A stretch of 47,496 nt of DNA from Burkholderiaceae bacterium (GTDB taxonomy: Bacteria; Pseudomonadota; Gammaproteobacteria; Burkholderiales; Burkholderiaceae_F). The notes beneath the pieces were generated by a model. It had not been told where the DNA came from. It saw only the letters and a program-made list of their open reading frames with translations, and made no database searches. Positions 7,411-17,400 of the stretch are shown one piece after another. The stretch lies in assembly GCA_029883565.1 (NCBI GenBank), contig JAOUJD010000001.1, positions 1-47,496 on the forward strand, given 5' to 3'. Position 1 is the first letter of the stretch. The number at the start of each line of letters is the position of its first letter. Made by a program: the position numbers and the translations under genes.

Positions 7411-8400
7411 CTAGAACCCGATGCGGGACTTCCTCGCCACCCGCTCGTCCATGACGTCTTCCGGCAGCACGGCATTGCGACCGGCGAGCTTCGCGTTGCC
7501 GAACGCGGCCAGCATGGCCCGGCGCATCTCGCGCGGGCTGAGGCGCGCCAGCCGGTCGAGGCTCTCGGCGTCGAGGTCGTCCGGAAACGCGCGCCCCCAC
7601 GCATGCTCGCCGCGTAGTTCGTCGTAAATGCCGCGCGCGATGCGACGGGCGCCTTCCTCGTCGGGCGCGTCGATCTCGTAGACATTCATCCGGTTCAGGA
7701 TCGGTTCCGGGATCGAACGGGCGTCGTTCGCGGTCGCGATCCACACGACGTCCGACGCGTCGATCGGGACCTCGGCGAACTCGTCGACGAACTCGGCCGC
7801 CGTATCGTGCTCGAGAAGCGTGTACAGGCTGCCCAGCGGGTCGTACTGTGCGTCGCCGCCCGCCTTGTCGATCTCGTCGACCACGATGACCGGGTTCGCG
7901 TAATCGCCCTTGACCAGCGCATCGAACACCTTGCCCGGCTTGGCGTTCTTCCACTGGGCCGAGGCGCCCGACAGGATCCAGCCAGCGGTGAGCGAACTCA
8001 TGCCGATGAAGTTGTGCCCGGTTCCGAGCAGCTTCGCCAGGCGACGCGCGAAATGCGTCTTGCCGATACCCGGGTCCCCGAGCAGAAGGATGGGCTCGAG
8101 CTCGAGCGGATCGTCGGACGACAGGCACAGCGCGAGCTGCTTGCGGATGTCCTCGAGCGGCGCCCCGAAGTTCGGCAGCTCCTCGACCAGAGCGTCGATG
8201 TCCGGCAGCGCCGAGGGCTTGATCACGAAGCGCTGGCCGCCGGTGCGGATCATGCGAAGGTAGGTGGCGCGCAGCGCCTCGTTGGCGCCCGAGCCCAGCT
8301 CCTGCAACCCGTTGAGCGCCTCCTCGACGCGCGGGACGCGGTACACGTCCTTGAAGCCGGCGATCGATATCGGGGTCGGGATCGTTGCAGGCAGGCTCAT
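7411..8400 (-). CDS. AAA+ ATPase (classical Lon/FtsH-like AAA module, no protease or other effector domain)
   Basis: Walker A is LLLGDPGIGKTHFA and Walker B is VIVVDEIDKA. The sensor-1 region is WIATAN and the Arg-finger region is PEPILNRM. I chose the ATG at 8400 (MSLPATIP..., GGGAG upstream) rather than the ORF-track start at 8655. Confidence 0.8.
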   Translation of the reverse strand: MSLPATIPTPISIAGFKDVYRVPRVEEALNGLQELGSGANEALRATYLRMIRTGGQRFVIKPSALPDIDALVEELPNFGAPLEDIRKQLALCLSSDDPLELEPILLLGDPGIGKTHFARRLAKLLGTGHNFIGMSSLTAGWILSGASAQWKNAKPGKVFDALVKGDYANPVIVVDEIDKAGGDAQYDPLGSLYTLLEHDTAAEFVDEFAEVPIDASDVVWIATANDARSIPEPILNRMNVYEIDAPDEEGARRIARGIYDELRGEHAWGRAFPDDLDAESLDRLARLSPREMRRAMLAAFGNAKLAGRNAVLPEDVMDERVARKSRIGF

Positions 8401-8608
8401 GCGCGCGCTCCCGTGCGTCGGGCACCGGTGCGCTCGCCGCCGGCACGCTGCGCAATGCCGTGCACCTGCCCGGACAGACTGCGCGTGTGGAATTCCATTG
8501 CCGTTGGGCCCCGGCTGGCTCGAGTATCCCTGCGATCGGTCACGTTGGCTCCTAGGACGCGGCAGCTGGCTACAGAGATATATAGGCAACCCGCTTCCCG
8601 GATTCTGC

Positions 8609-8654
8609 AAAAAGACGGCCAAAAAGCAATGGCACTCGCGGGGCGAGAGTGCCA
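8609..8654 (-). terminator. Rho-independent terminator downstream of narL
   Basis: The minus strand reads TGGCACTCTCGCCCCGCGAGTGCCA (7 bp outer stem TGGCACT/AGTGCCA plus inner CGC/GCG), followed by TTGCTTTTTGGCCGTCTTTTT. It lies 47 nt after the narL stop. Confidence 0.6.
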
Positions 8655-8701
8655 AGCGGGCGGCGAGTCCGGATGGATGAGGTGTGGCGCGGCCTGAGGC
8701 G

Positions 8702-9355
8702 TCAGACCGGGACGCGCAGTCCCTGTTCGGACGCCCAGACCGCCGCTTCCACGCGGGAGCGGAATCCGAGTTTCTTCAGCAGGTGCTTCACGTGCACCTT
8801 GACCGTGCCCTCGGTGATGGAGAGGTTGCGCGCGATCACCTTGTTGCTCTGCCCGCCTGCCAGGCACTTCAGAACGGCGAGTTCGCGGTCGGTCAGGTCG
8901 CGGACGTCGCGCCGTTCGCCGCGCGCCTCGTCGCGCAGAGCGCCCGCGAGCGCGGCCGTCAGCGCGTCGCTGATGACGGTGCGGCCCTCGAGCGCGTCGC
9001 GCACGCGCGCCAGCAGCTGCTCGGGCTCCATGTCCTTGAGAAGGTAGCCGTCAGCGCCGGCCCGGATCGCGGCCATCAGGTCCTCGGGGGCGTCGGACAC
9101 GGTCAGCATGACCACGCGCCGCGAAGGGTCCTCTTCCTTCAGCGCCGACAGGATCTCCAGGCCGCCACTGCCCTTGAGGTTGAGGTCGAGCAGCGTCAGG
9201 TCCGGCTCCTTCTCGGCCGCCAGCCGGACGGCCGCCTCGTAGTCGCCGGCTTCGCCCACGACCTCGAAGCCCGGATCGAGCTGCAGCAGCTGGATCACGC
9301 CGCGGCGAAACAGCGGATGGTCGTCGACGACCAGGATCGTATGGCGTTCTGTCAT
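8702..9355 (-). CDS. narL: Nitrate/nitrite response regulator NarL (receiver + LuxR-type HTH)
   Basis: The receiver domain reads ILVVDDHPLFRRG...LLDLNL. The C-terminal HTH reads LTDRELAVLKCLAGGQSNKVIARNLSITEGTVKVHVKHLLKKLG. The start overlaps the narX stop (TGATG). Confidence 0.9.
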   Translation of the reverse strand: MTERHTILVVDDHPLFRRGVIQLLQLDPGFEVVGEAGDYEAAVRLAAEKEPDLTLLDLNLKGSGGLEILSALKEEDPSRRVVMLTVSDAPEDLMAAIRAGADGYLLKDMEPEQLLARVRDALEGRTVISDALTAALAGALRDEARGERRDVRDLTDRELAVLKCLAGGQSNKVIARNLSITEGTVKVHVKHLLKKLGFRSRVEAAVWASEQGLRVPV

Positions 9356-11262
9356 CAGGAAGTTCCCAGTTCGGTGGACGCGCCGAGCGGCGCTGGCGGC
9401 GGGCCGAACGCCGTCTGCGCATTGAAGGTCAGCCGCACCCGGGTGCCGACCGGATCGCGGCGTTCGATTACAAGCACTCCGCCGACCGACTGCGCGCGGT
9501 CACGCATGATGGACAGGCCGAAGTGGCCGCGCGGGGACGAGGGGCTCACGATCCCGATGCCGTCGTCCTCGACGCAGACGTCGATCGCCTGCCCCTGGCC
9601 GCGGTGCAGCGACACCCAGGCATGGCGCGCGTGCGCGTGATGCTCGACGTTCGTCAGGGCCTCGCGCACCACCTGCAGCACGTGCACCTGTTCGTTGGCC
9701 GACAGCTCGACCCGCAGCAGGTCGTTGACCAGCGTGGCCCGCACGCCGGAACGGCGCTCGAATTCAGCCACGGTATCGCGCAGGGCGCCGGCGAAGCCTT
9801 CGTCGCCGAGGCCGAGCCGGAACGTCGTCAGCAGTTCACGCAGCTCCCGGTACGCGCTGTTGATTCCTTCGCGCAGCTCCCCGAGCACGGCGGCCGACTG
9901 CGGAGCGCTGTCCTCGCGCTCGATATGTGCCGCGAGCCGCGCGATCTGGATCTTGGTGTACGACAGGGACTGCGCGAGCGAGTCGTGCAGTTCGCGCGCG
10001 ATGGCGGCCCGTTCCTCCAGCACGCCGAGTCGCCGGTGCTCGTCGCGCCGCTCGGCAGCCGCCAGCGCCGCGCCGACGTGACGGCCCATCGTCTCGGCCA
10101 GTTCCAGCTGCCACACTTCCAGTCCCTTGCCGGGCGGCAGCACCAGCGGCATCACCCCGTAGGAGACGCCGCCCTCGAGCAGCGGAATGCCGAGGATGCG
10201 CCGCTCACCGGCCTCGCCGGGTTCGGTCCGCCAGGTGACTTTCGCGCCGTCGGCGCAATTGCGGCAGTCGACGCCGCCGCAAGCCTTGATCGTGCTCTCG
10301 TCGCGCGCCAGCGGCATGCCGCGCGTGCTGTCCCCGTGGATCGAACAGATCACCCCGCTTTCCACTCCAAGCGCCTTGCGTACCATCGCCAGCACGCGCT
10401 TGAGTGATTCGGTGTCCACCGGCTTCTCGGCCAGCATGCGCGTTGTCTCGTACAGCAGGGCCAGCGACTCGTTGCGGCGTTCCAGGTCGCGGGTCTTCTC
10501 GGCGACCTGCTTCTCGAGCGAGCCGTACAGGCGCGACAGGTCGTCGACCATGAAGTTGAAGGCCTGGCCGAGCTGCCCGATCTCGTCGGGTCCTGTGCTT
10601 GCCGCCCGCACCCGGAAGTCGCCCGTGCGCACTCTCTTCGCGGCCTCGGCCAGGCGCGCGATCGGCTGGAACACCTCGATGTTCAGCAGGAACAGGGCCG
10701 CCACCACCAGCATCATCATCACGAAGAAACCGACGCCGAGCACCAGGCGCAGCCGCTGGATCCTGCTTTCGAGATCGGTCTCGATCTGACGGACGAGGAC
10801 GTCCACCTTGCTGACGAATGTCGGGACAACACCGAGGAACTCGGCGCGGGACACTTCGTCATCGACGGCTCGCCGCGCCAGCGGCTTGATGCGCGACTCC
10901 CACTCGATGACGATGCCGGAATAGATCCGGTGCACGGGATTGGCGCCGTCGTCCGGAATGCCGCTCATCAGCGAGGGGCTCTTCAGGCGCCGCTCGAATT
11001 CGGTGATCGCTGCCTCGGCCGCATGCTGCCGGTCCTCAGCGGCGCCGCGCGTATCCGCCACCCGCGTGGACAGCGCGTACGACTGCATACGCAGCGAGCC
11101 AGCCATGTTGATCGCGCTCGCCTTGCCCGTCGACTGCTCGGTGAAGACGGTCGCCGCCACGATGATCGACAGGGCCAGCAGTGCCACCACGGACAACACC
11201 AGCCCGACCCGGATCAGGGTCGAGTCCGACCACACGCGGCGCAGCGAAGCGAAGGAAGTCAT
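9355..11262 (-). CDS. narX: Nitrate/nitrite sensor histidine kinase NarX
   Basis: It has two TMs flanking a periplasmic domain with a P-box-like motif, INMAGSLRMQSYAL. A HAMP region is present, and the H-box is ARELHDSLAQSLSY. The C-terminal HATPase reads VEDDGIGI. I chose the ATG at 11262 (MTSFASLRRVW). Confidence 0.9.
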   Translation of the reverse strand: MTSFASLRRVWSDSTLIRVGLVLSVVALLALSIIVAATVFTEQSTGKASAINMAGSLRMQSYALSTRVADTRGAAEDRQHAAEAAITEFERRLKSPSLMSGIPDDGANPVHRIYSGIVIEWESRIKPLARRAVDDEVSRAEFLGVVPTFVSKVDVLVRQIETDLESRIQRLRLVLGVGFFVMMMLVVAALFLLNIEVFQPIARLAEAAKRVRTGDFRVRAASTGPDEIGQLGQAFNFMVDDLSRLYGSLEKQVAEKTRDLERRNESLALLYETTRMLAEKPVDTESLKRVLAMVRKALGVESGVICSIHGDSTRGMPLARDESTIKACGGVDCRNCADGAKVTWRTEPGEAGERRILGIPLLEGGVSYGVMPLVLPPGKGLEVWQLELAETMGRHVGAALAAAERRDEHRRLGVLEERAAIARELHDSLAQSLSYTKIQIARLAAHIEREDSAPQSAAVLGELREGINSAYRELRELLTTFRLGLGDEGFAGALRDTVAEFERRSGVRATLVNDLLRVELSANEQVHVLQVVREALTNVEHHAHARHAWVSLHRGQGQAIDVCVEDDGIGIVSPSSPRGHFGLSIMRDRAQSVGGVLVIERRDPVGTRVRLTFNAQTAFGPPPAPLGASTELGTS

Positions 11263-11370
11263 GTGCCGATTTTCCCACTGAAGTCCGCGGCCCACGGCGT
11301 TGCGAAGGGACTGCTCCGCGGCCGGCTACCTCTGGGGCGCCATTCTGGCGCCCCGTTCGATTCCGCCTTC

Positions 11371-11386
11371 TACCCCTGTCGTGGTA
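11371..11386. promoter_or_regulatory. Candidate NarL 7-2-7 heptamer pair
   Basis: The sequence is TACCCCT-GT-CGTGGTA. The first heptamer fits TACYYMT. The second fits 5 of 7 positions of AKRRGTA. It lies in the narX/narK1 divergent intergenic region, about 53 bp upstream of the candidate FNR box. Confidence 0.35.
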
Positions 11387-11424
11387 GGCCCGCTTTCCTC
11401 CGAGGGCCAAAGGTCCGGAGCGCC

Positions 11425-11438
11425 TTGATTTGGGTCAT
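11425..11438. promoter_or_regulatory. Candidate FNR/Anr/Dnr-type box upstream of narK1
   Basis: TTGAT-TTGG-GTCAT is compared with the consensus TTGAT-N4-ATCAA. A -10-like TAGCTT at 11460-11465 would put the box near -41, the class II geometry. The narK1 ATG is at 11506. Confidence 0.45.
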
Positions 11439-11505
11439 GAAAACGGGGGGCTCCGCCTCTAGCTTGCACCCCAACGCGCGCTTTTGATTGATCAAGGAGA
11501 CCGCA

Positions 11506-12798
11506 ATGGAGGCAGGAGCGGGCAGTTCCCGCGGGGCAGGCACCAGCCTGCGGGCCAGGCAGTGGTCCGTGGTGGTGATGAGTACGCTCGCATTCACGGT
11601 GTGCTTCGCGGTCTGGATGATGTTCGCGGTGATCGGCATCCCGATCAAGAAGATGCTCGATCTCAACGCGACCCAGTTCGGCCTGCTGACGGCCACCCCG
11701 GTGCTGACCGGTTCGCTGGTGCGCGTGCCACTCGGCATGTGGACCGACAAGTACGGCGGCCGGATCGTGTTCTTCGCGCTGATGATGTCGACCGTCATCC
11801 CGATCTGGCTGATCGGATATGCGACCGAATTCTGGCAGTTCCTCGTGCTGGGTCTGTTCGTCGGACTCGCCGGCGGGTCGTTCTCGGTCGGCACGCCGTA
11901 CGTCGCGCGCTGGTTCGACAAGCAGCACCAGGGCTTCGCGATGGGGGTGTTCGGGGCCGGCAACTCGGGCGCGGCAGTCAACAAGTTCGTCGCTCCAACC
12001 ATCGTCGTCGCGTTCGGATGGATCTTCGTACCACAGGTCTACGCGATCGCGATGCTCGTCACGGCGATCGCGTTCTGGATGTTCACCTACAGCGACCCGA
12101 AGCACCTGGTGCCGGCGAACATCACGTATCGCCGCCAGCTCGAGTGCCTGCGCGATCCGAGAGTGTGGAAGTACTGCCAGTACTACTCGATCGTGTTCGG
12201 CGGCTACGTCGCCCTGTCACTGTGGATGGTCAACTACTACGTCGGCGAGTTCGGCCTGGACATCCGCATCGCCGCGCTGCTGGCCGCCTGCTTCTCGCTG
12301 CCGGGCGGCGTGCTGCGCGCCATCGGTGGCTGGATGGCGGACAAGTGGGGCGCGCACCGGGTGACCTGGTGGGTGATGTGGGTCAGCTGGATCTGCCTGT
12401 TCCTGCTCGCCTACCCGGCCACGAGCTACACGGTGCAGACCATCAGCGGACCGGTGACGTTCACGCTCGCCCACAACGTGTGGTCGTTCACCTTCCTGAT
12501 GTTCCTGCTCGGCATCGCCTGGGCCTTCGGCAAGGCCTCGGTGTTCAAGTACATCGCCGACGAGTTCCCCAGCAACATCGGAACCATCTCGGGCGTCGTC
12601 GGCCTGGCCGGCGGCCTGGGCGGCTTCGTGCTGCCGATCATGTTCGGGGCACTCCTCGACCTCACCGGCGTGCGCTCGACCGCGTTCATGCTGATGTACG
12701 CCGTGGTCTGGGTGTCGCTGATCTGGATGTACTGGACCGAAGTCCGCCGCGCGGAAGTGATCGGTCCCCGTTCAACCGAATTCAGCCTGAAGGGCTGA
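11506..12798 (+). CDS. narK1: MFS nitrate/nitrite transporter NarK1
   Basis: This is a 12-TM MFS protein with NarK-like motifs (GMWTDKYGGR, FGAGNSGAA, GGWMADKWG). The ATG at 11506 is preceded by AAGGAG. The ORF-track start at 11488 is a TTG inside the RBS region. Confidence 0.9.
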   Translation: MEAGAGSSRGAGTSLRARQWSVVVMSTLAFTVCFAVWMMFAVIGIPIKKMLDLNATQFGLLTATPVLTGSLVRVPLGMWTDKYGGRIVFFALMMSTVIPIWLIGYATEFWQFLVLGLFVGLAGGSFSVGTPYVARWFDKQHQGFAMGVFGAGNSGAAVNKFVAPTIVVAFGWIFVPQVYAIAMLVTAIAFWMFTYSDPKHLVPANITYRRQLECLRDPRVWKYCQYYSIVFGGYVALSLWMVNYYVGEFGLDIRIAALLAACFSLPGGVLRAIGGWMADKWGAHRVTWWVMWVSWICLFLLAYPATSYTVQTISGPVTFTLAHNVWSFTFLMFLLGIAWAFGKASVFKYIADEFPSNIGTISGVVGLAGGLGGFVLPIMFGALLDLTGVRSTAFMLMYAVVWVSLIWMYWTEVRRAEVIGPRSTEFSLKG

Positions 12799-12825
12799 TC
12801 CCCCTCCACCGCAAAGGACTCCGCC

Positions 12826-14472
12826 ATGAGCGCCGTCACCCCTGCCACGACTCCGCCCAAGCCGACCTCCGGCGTCGACATCGTCGACTGGCGCCCGGAG
12901 GACGCGACCTTCTGGGACACGACCGGAAAGCGCGTCGCCTACCGCAACCTGGCGATCTCGGTCCCCAGCCTGCTCTGCGGCTTCGCCGTGTGGTTGATGT
13001 GGGGAATCATCACCGTGCAGCTGGCCAACCTGGGGTTCCCGTTCTCCCAGCAGCAGTTGTTCACCCTGGCCGCGATCTCGGGGCTGTCCGGCGCGACGCT
13101 GCGCATTCCGGCATCGTTCTTCATCCGGCTGGCGGGCGGACGCAACACGATCTGGCTCACGACCGCGCTGCTGATGATTCCCGCCATCGGAACCGGCATC
13201 GCGCTGCAGGACAAGGCGACGCCGCTGTGGGTGTTCCAGCTGATGGCGCTGCTGTCCGGCATCGGCGGCGGCAACTTCGCCTGCTCGATGTCGAACATCA
13301 ACACCTTCTTCCCGAAGCGGCTGCAGGGCACCGCGCTGGGCATCAACGCCGGCCTGGGCAACTTCGGCGTCACCACGATGCAGGTCGTGATCCCGCTGGT
13401 GATGACGACGGCCGTGTTCATGTCGCTCGGCGGCGACCCGATGACGCTGCTCAAGCCATCGGGCACGCTGATCGGCAAGATCCCCCAGGGCACGCCGACC
13501 TACATCCAGAACGCCGGCTTCATCTGGCTGGTGCTGCTGGTGCCGCTGGCGATCGTCGGCTGGTTCGGCATGAACAACCTGCTGACGATCTCGCCCAACA
13601 TCGGGTCCACGGCCGCCGCATTGGGCAAGATCCTGCTGCTCTACGGCGTCGCGCTCATCACGGCCGGCATCGGCCTGTACCTGTACCTGCCCGCGACGGG
13701 GCTCGGCGTGCTCAACATGTGGGTCGCGATGCCGCTGATCATCGTCGGCACCCTGCTGGCGATGAAGCTGGTCGCCTTCGGCGACATGAAGCCGAACCTG
13801 AAGAAGCAGTTCGAGATCTTCAAGGACAAGCACACGTGGTCGATGACGCTGCTGTACATCGTCACGTTCGGTTCCTTCATCGGCTTCTCCAACGCGCTGC
13901 CGCTGTCCATCACGGTGATCTTCGGGCAGAGCCACGTGCTCGGGCCCGACGGCGTGGTCAGGCACGTTGCCAACCCGAACGCGCCTTCGGCGCTGACCTT
14001 CGCCTGGATCGGCCCCTTCGTCGGCGCCCTGATCCGTCCGGTCGGCGGCTGGATTTCCGACAAGGTGGGCGGCTCCATCGTCACGCAGATCATCTCCATC
14101 GTGATGGTCGGGGCCTCGGTCGCGGTCGGCTACGTGATGATGCTGGCGTACGGCTCCGCCACGCCGGAACAGTACTTCTGGCCGTTCCTGTGGCTGTTCA
14201 TCGTCCTCTTCGCGGCCAGCGGCATCGGCAACGGCTCGACGTTCCGGACCATCGGCGTGATCTATGACCGCACCCAGGCCGGCCCGGTGCTCGGCTGGAC
14301 GTCGGCGGTCGCCGCCTACGGCTCGTTCGTCGCACCGGTCGTCATCGGCGAGCAGATCAAGGCCGGAACGCCGCAGTACGCGATGTACGGGTTCGCGATC
14401 TTCTATGCGCTGTGCCTGGTCCTGAACTGGTGGTTCTACCTGCGCCGCAACGCGTACGTGAAGAACCCCTGA
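12826..14472 (+). CDS. narK2: MFS nitrate/nitrite antiporter NarK2
   Basis: This is a second NarK-type MFS protein (GGNFACSMSNINTFFPKRLQGTALGINAGLGNFG), lying immediately upstream of narG as in narK1K2GHJI operons. Confidence 0.9.
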   Translation: MSAVTPATTPPKPTSGVDIVDWRPEDATFWDTTGKRVAYRNLAISVPSLLCGFAVWLMWGIITVQLANLGFPFSQQQLFTLAAISGLSGATLRIPASFFIRLAGGRNTIWLTTALLMIPAIGTGIALQDKATPLWVFQLMALLSGIGGGNFACSMSNINTFFPKRLQGTALGINAGLGNFGVTTMQVVIPLVMTTAVFMSLGGDPMTLLKPSGTLIGKIPQGTPTYIQNAGFIWLVLLVPLAIVGWFGMNNLLTISPNIGSTAAALGKILLLYGVALITAGIGLYLYLPATGLGVLNMWVAMPLIIVGTLLAMKLVAFGDMKPNLKKQFEIFKDKHTWSMTLLYIVTFGSFIGFSNALPLSITVIFGQSHVLGPDGVVRHVANPNAPSALTFAWIGPFVGALIRPVGGWISDKVGGSIVTQIISIVMVGASVAVGYVMMLAYGSATPEQYFWPFLWLFIVLFAASGIGNGSTFRTIGVIYDRTQAGPVLGWTSAVAAYGSFVAPVVIGEQIKAGTPQYAMYGFAIFYALCLVLNWWFYLRRNAYVKNP

Positions 14473-14495
14473 GATTCCGCTGCGGAGACAAGCCA

Positions 14496-17400
14496 ATGAG
14501 CCACTTTCTCGACCGACTGACCCACTTCACGCTGCCGAAGGAGTCGTTCGCCAACGGCCACGGCGTGGCCACCGGCGAAGACCGCACCTGGGAGGACGCC
14601 TACCGCAACCGCTGGTCGCACGACAAGATCGTGCGCAGCACGCACGGCGTGAACTGCACCGGCTCCTGCTCCTGGAAGATCTACGTCAAGGGCGGCATCG
14701 TCACGTGGGAGACGCAGCAGACCGACTATCCGCGCACGCGGGCCGATCTCCCCAACCACGAGCCGCGCGGCTGCGCCCGCGGCGCTTCGTACTCCTGGTA
14801 CCTGTACAGCGCCAACCGCCTGAAGTACCCGATGGTGCGAGGACGGCTGCTCGAGCGCTGGCGGGCCGCGCGGAAAGTCGCGAAGACGGCGGTCGACGCC
14901 TGGGCGAGCATCGTCGAGGACGCGGCCGCGCGGCGCGACTACCAGAAGGTGCGCGGCATGGGCGGCTTCGTGCGCAGCTCGTGGGACGAGGTCAACGAGC
15001 TGATCGCGGCAGCCAACGTCTACACGGTCAAGACGCACGGTCCCGACCGCGTCATCGGCTTTTCGCCGATTCCGGCGATGAGCATGGTCAGCTACGCCGC
15101 CGGCAGCCGCTACCTCTCGCTGATCGGCGGCGTGTGCATGAGCTTCTATGACTGGTACTGCGACCTGCCGCCCGCCAGCCCGCAGATCTGGGGCGAACAG
15201 ACCGACGTGCCGGAAAGCGCCGACTGGTACAACAGCACCTACCTCATCGCATGGGGCAGCAACGTGCCGCAGACGCGCACCCCGGACGCGCACTTCTTCA
15301 CCGAGGTGCGCTACAAGGGGGCGAAGACGGTGGCCGTCACGCCGGACTACTCCGAAGTCGCGAAGCTCGCCGACCTCTGGATGCACCCGAAGCAGGGCAC
15401 GGACGCGGCCCTGGCCATGGCGATGGGCCACGTGGTGCTGAAGGAGTTCTACTTCAACAAGCGCTCGGCCTACTTCGACGACTACGCGCGCCGCTACACC
15501 GACCTCCCGCTGCTGCTGCGGCTGGATGAAACGACGCTCGCCGACGGCAGCAAGGTCATGGCGCCGGGCCGCTACGTGCGCGCCAGCGACTTCGCCGACA
15601 AGCTCGGCCAGGACAACAACCCCGAATGGAAGTCGGTCGCCTTCGACGCGAGCGGCAAGGTGGTCGTGCCCAACGGCTCGATCGGCTTCCGCTGGGGCGC
15701 GGAAGACCGCGCCGACGCCGGCAAGTGGAATCTCGAGGCGAAGGAAGGCCGCGGCAACGCGGATGTGAAGCTGAAACTCTCGGTGCTCGAGGACGAGCAG
15801 AAGCACGAGGTCGTCGAAGTCGCGTTCCCCTACTTCGCCGGCGCCGATACGCCGCACTTCCCGAACAACGCGCAGCAGGGCGAGTTGAACCGCGCGAAAG
15901 TTCCTGCCGTGCGGATGCGCATGGCCGACGGCTCCGAGGCGCTGGTCGCCACCGTGTTCGACCTGCAGGCCGCGCAGTACGGCATCGATCGCGGCCTTGG
16001 CAGCGGCGCTGCCGACTTCAACGACAACGCGCCGTACACGCCAGCCTGGCAGGAAAGGATCACCGGCGTGCCGCGCGACCAGGTCATCACGGTCGCCCGG
16101 CAATTCGCGGACAACGCCGACAAGACCCATGGCAAGTCGATGATCATCATCGGCGCGGCGATGAACCACTGGTACCACGCCGACATGAACTACCGCGGGG
16201 TGATCAACCTCCTGATGATGTGCGGCTGCATCGGCCAGAGCGGCGGCGGCTGGGCGCATTACGTAGGGCAGGAGAAGCTGCGTCCGCAGACCGGCTGGAC
16301 CGCCCTCGCCTTCGCGCTCGACTGGATCCGGCCGCCGCGCCAGCAGAACTCGACCTCGTTCTTCTACGCGCACACGGACCAGTGGCGTTACGAGAAGCTC
16401 GGGGTCGAGGAAGTCCTTTCGCCGCTGGCCGACCGCAAGGCCTTCGGCGGCAGCCTGATCGACTACAACGTGCGCGCCGAGCGGATGGGCTGGCTGCCGA
16501 GCGCGCCGCAGCTGAAGACCAATCCACTGCGGGTGGTCAAGGACGCACAGGCCGCCGGCATCGACCCGAAGGACTACGTCGTGCGGTCGCTGAAGGACGG
16601 CAGCCTGCAGTTGAGCTGCGAGGATCCGGACGCGCCGCAGAACTGGCCACGCAACCTGTTCGTGTGGCGCTCCAACCTCCTGGGCTCGAGCGGCAAGGGC
16701 CACGAGTACTTCTGCAAGCACCTGCTCGGGACGGAGAACGGCGTGCAGGGCAAGGACCTCGGCGCCGACGACGCCAAGCCGACGGAGGTCGCATGGCACG
16801 AGCAGGCGCCCGAGGGCAAGCTCGACCTGCTCGTGACGCTCGACTTCCGCATGAGCACGACGTGCCTGTACAGCGACATCGTGCTGCCGACGGCGAGCTG
16901 GTACGAGAAGAACGACCTGAACACGAGCGACATGCATCCCTTCATCCATCCGCTGTCGGCAGCGGTGGACCCGGTGTGGCAGGCGCGCTCCGACTGGGAG
17001 ATCTACAAGGGCTTCGCCCGGGCGTTCAGCGAGGTCTGCGTCGGCCACCTCGGCGTCGAGAAGGAGGTGGTGCTGACGCCGCTGATGCACGACACGCCGG
17101 CGGAGCTGGCGCAGCCGCTCGACGTCAAGGAATGGAAGAAGGGGCAGTGCGAGCTGGTGCCGGGCAAGACGGCGCCGCAGATCACGGTGGTCGAGCGCGA
17201 CTACCCGAATGTCTACAAGCGCTTCACCTCCCTCGGCCCGCTGATGGCCAAGGTCGGCAACGGCGGCAAGGGCATCGCCTGGAACACCCAGACCGAGGTG
17301 CAGCAGCTCGGCGAACTCAACGGAGTCGACGACGATGGCCGCCCGCGCATCGTCAGCGACGTCGATGCCTGCGAGGTCATCCTGCAGCTCGCTCCCGAGA

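Noticed and set aside
8451-8468. A second sigma-54-like motif on the minus strand (GGTGCACGGCATTGC) in the AAA+ ATPase leader
   Set aside because: The GG-to-TTGC spacing is one nucleotide longer than in the strict TGGCAC-N5-TTGC consensus. No enhancer-binding protein gene is nearby.
8630-8654. TGGCAC-containing sequence that looks like a sigma-54 -24 element upstream of the AAA+ ATPase gene
   Set aside because: The TGGCAC is one arm of the narL terminator hairpin, and the spacing to the nearest TTGC is far too long for a -24/-12 promoter.
11484-11495. TTGATTGATCAA palindrome-like sequence as an FNR box for narK1
   Set aside because: The half-sites are separated by 2 nt rather than 4. The element also abuts the AAGGAG RBS only about 10 nt from the ATG, so it cannot act as an activator site. 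The box at 11425-11438 fits much better.
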